A DNA stretch of 43,640 bases from a virus (Duplodnaviria; Heunggongvirae; Uroviricota; Caudoviricetes). Position 1 is the first letter of the stretch. Each line of letters opens with the position of its first letter. The stretch is from the IMG/VR virus record IMGVR_UViG_3300031760_000015, positions 1-43,640 of that record; one strand, 5' to 3'. The notes under the pieces are model-generated. The model worked only from the letters and a program-made list of their open reading frames with translations, made no database searches and was not told where the DNA came from. Positions 43,298 through 43,640 of this stretch are shown here, piece by piece. The position numbers were made by a program, and so were the translations under genes.

Positions 43298-43640
43298 GTG
43301 AACGAGAGGTTTTTTAAATTCGCACGCGAAGCATCTAAGAAAGCCGATTATAAAAACAAAGGCACTAGCAATTCTCCTGCTATTGGCGCGGTTGCGGTAT
43401 ATAAAGGTAGCATTGTAGCAGAAGCGTGGAATACTGATAAAACCTCTCCACTTCAAGCTCGTTATAATATTTATCGTTATAATAATCCTGATTTACCTCC
43501 TAAAACTCATTGTGAAACTTCTCTGGTTCAGCGATTGCGTTGGAAGTTTGGTGATAATTTAGATTGGGCAAAAGTAGATATTTATTTGTATAGAGAATAT
43601 AAAGATGGTTCTTTGGCAAATAGCAGGTGTTGTGAATCCT
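43298..43640 (+). CDS. Zinc-dependent cytidine/dCMP-deaminase-like protein, runs off the window
   Basis: GTG start after AAAGGGG; IGAV...G.N; HCE motif; SRCC at the window end. Confidence 0.7.
   Translation, partial: MNERFFKFAREASKKADYKNKGTSNSPAIGAVAVYKGSIVAEAWNTDKTSPLQARYNIYRYNNPDLPPKTHCETSLVQRLRWKFGDNLDWAKVDIYLYREYKDGSLANSRCCES

Noticed and set aside
1207-43456. Antisense or overlapping ORFs in the track (e.g. 1207-1473, 1922-2224, 2326-2889, 6723-7223, 13176-13673, 15529-15783, 39255-39644, 43184-43456)
   Set aside because: Shadows of better-supported genes; many start at the TTG of a -35 box and lack an RBS.
1-43640. Recombinase, integrase or transposase gene for the cassette sites
   Set aside because: No ORF shows serine (Y.RVS), tyrosine (R-H-x-x-R/Y) or DDE motifs; if such an enzyme exists it is encoded outside this window or by the host.

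Overview
This window is a segment of a large bacteriophage genome, probably lytic and infecting a Firmicute (sigmaA-type TTGACA-N17-TATAAT promoters with extended -10 TG, strong Shine-Dalgarno sites, standard genetic code). It has three zones. (1) 1-16.5 kb is an array of self-contained expression cassettes (promoter, leader, small gene or small RNA, terminator). The cassettes are separated by 30 copies of a 32-bp imperfect palindrome, consensus GTAAATTAGA-N5-CG-N5-TCTAATTTAC, with an invariant central CG. Two blocks (8.15-8.65 kb and 15.5-16.45 kb) are inverted, and both ends of each block fall in these palindromes. The sites therefore behave like recombination points of a shufflable, integron-like phage cassette array; no recombinase is visible in the window. 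The sites are also helically phased to the -35 boxes, so a transcription-factor role is a live alternative or second function. Cargo includes tRNA-Lys(UUU), candidate small structured RNAs, two DEDDh exonucleases, a HAD nucleotidase, a PcfJ-like protein and many small or acidic unknown proteins. (2) 16.5-18.7 kb holds an SF2 helicase-like gene and a ~640-bp non-coding block of direct repeats, palindromes and hairpins, a candidate replication origin. (3) 18.7-43.6 kb is AT-rich and operon-like: RNA ligase, NadR-type NMN adenylyltransferase plus PnuC, a 2402-aa LRR-containing probable virion/adhesin protein with partners, Pnk-HD, a kinase-like protein, Thg1 and a deaminase. This zone is conspicuously enriched in CGCGCG. 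All protein calls come from recognised motifs, not database searches.
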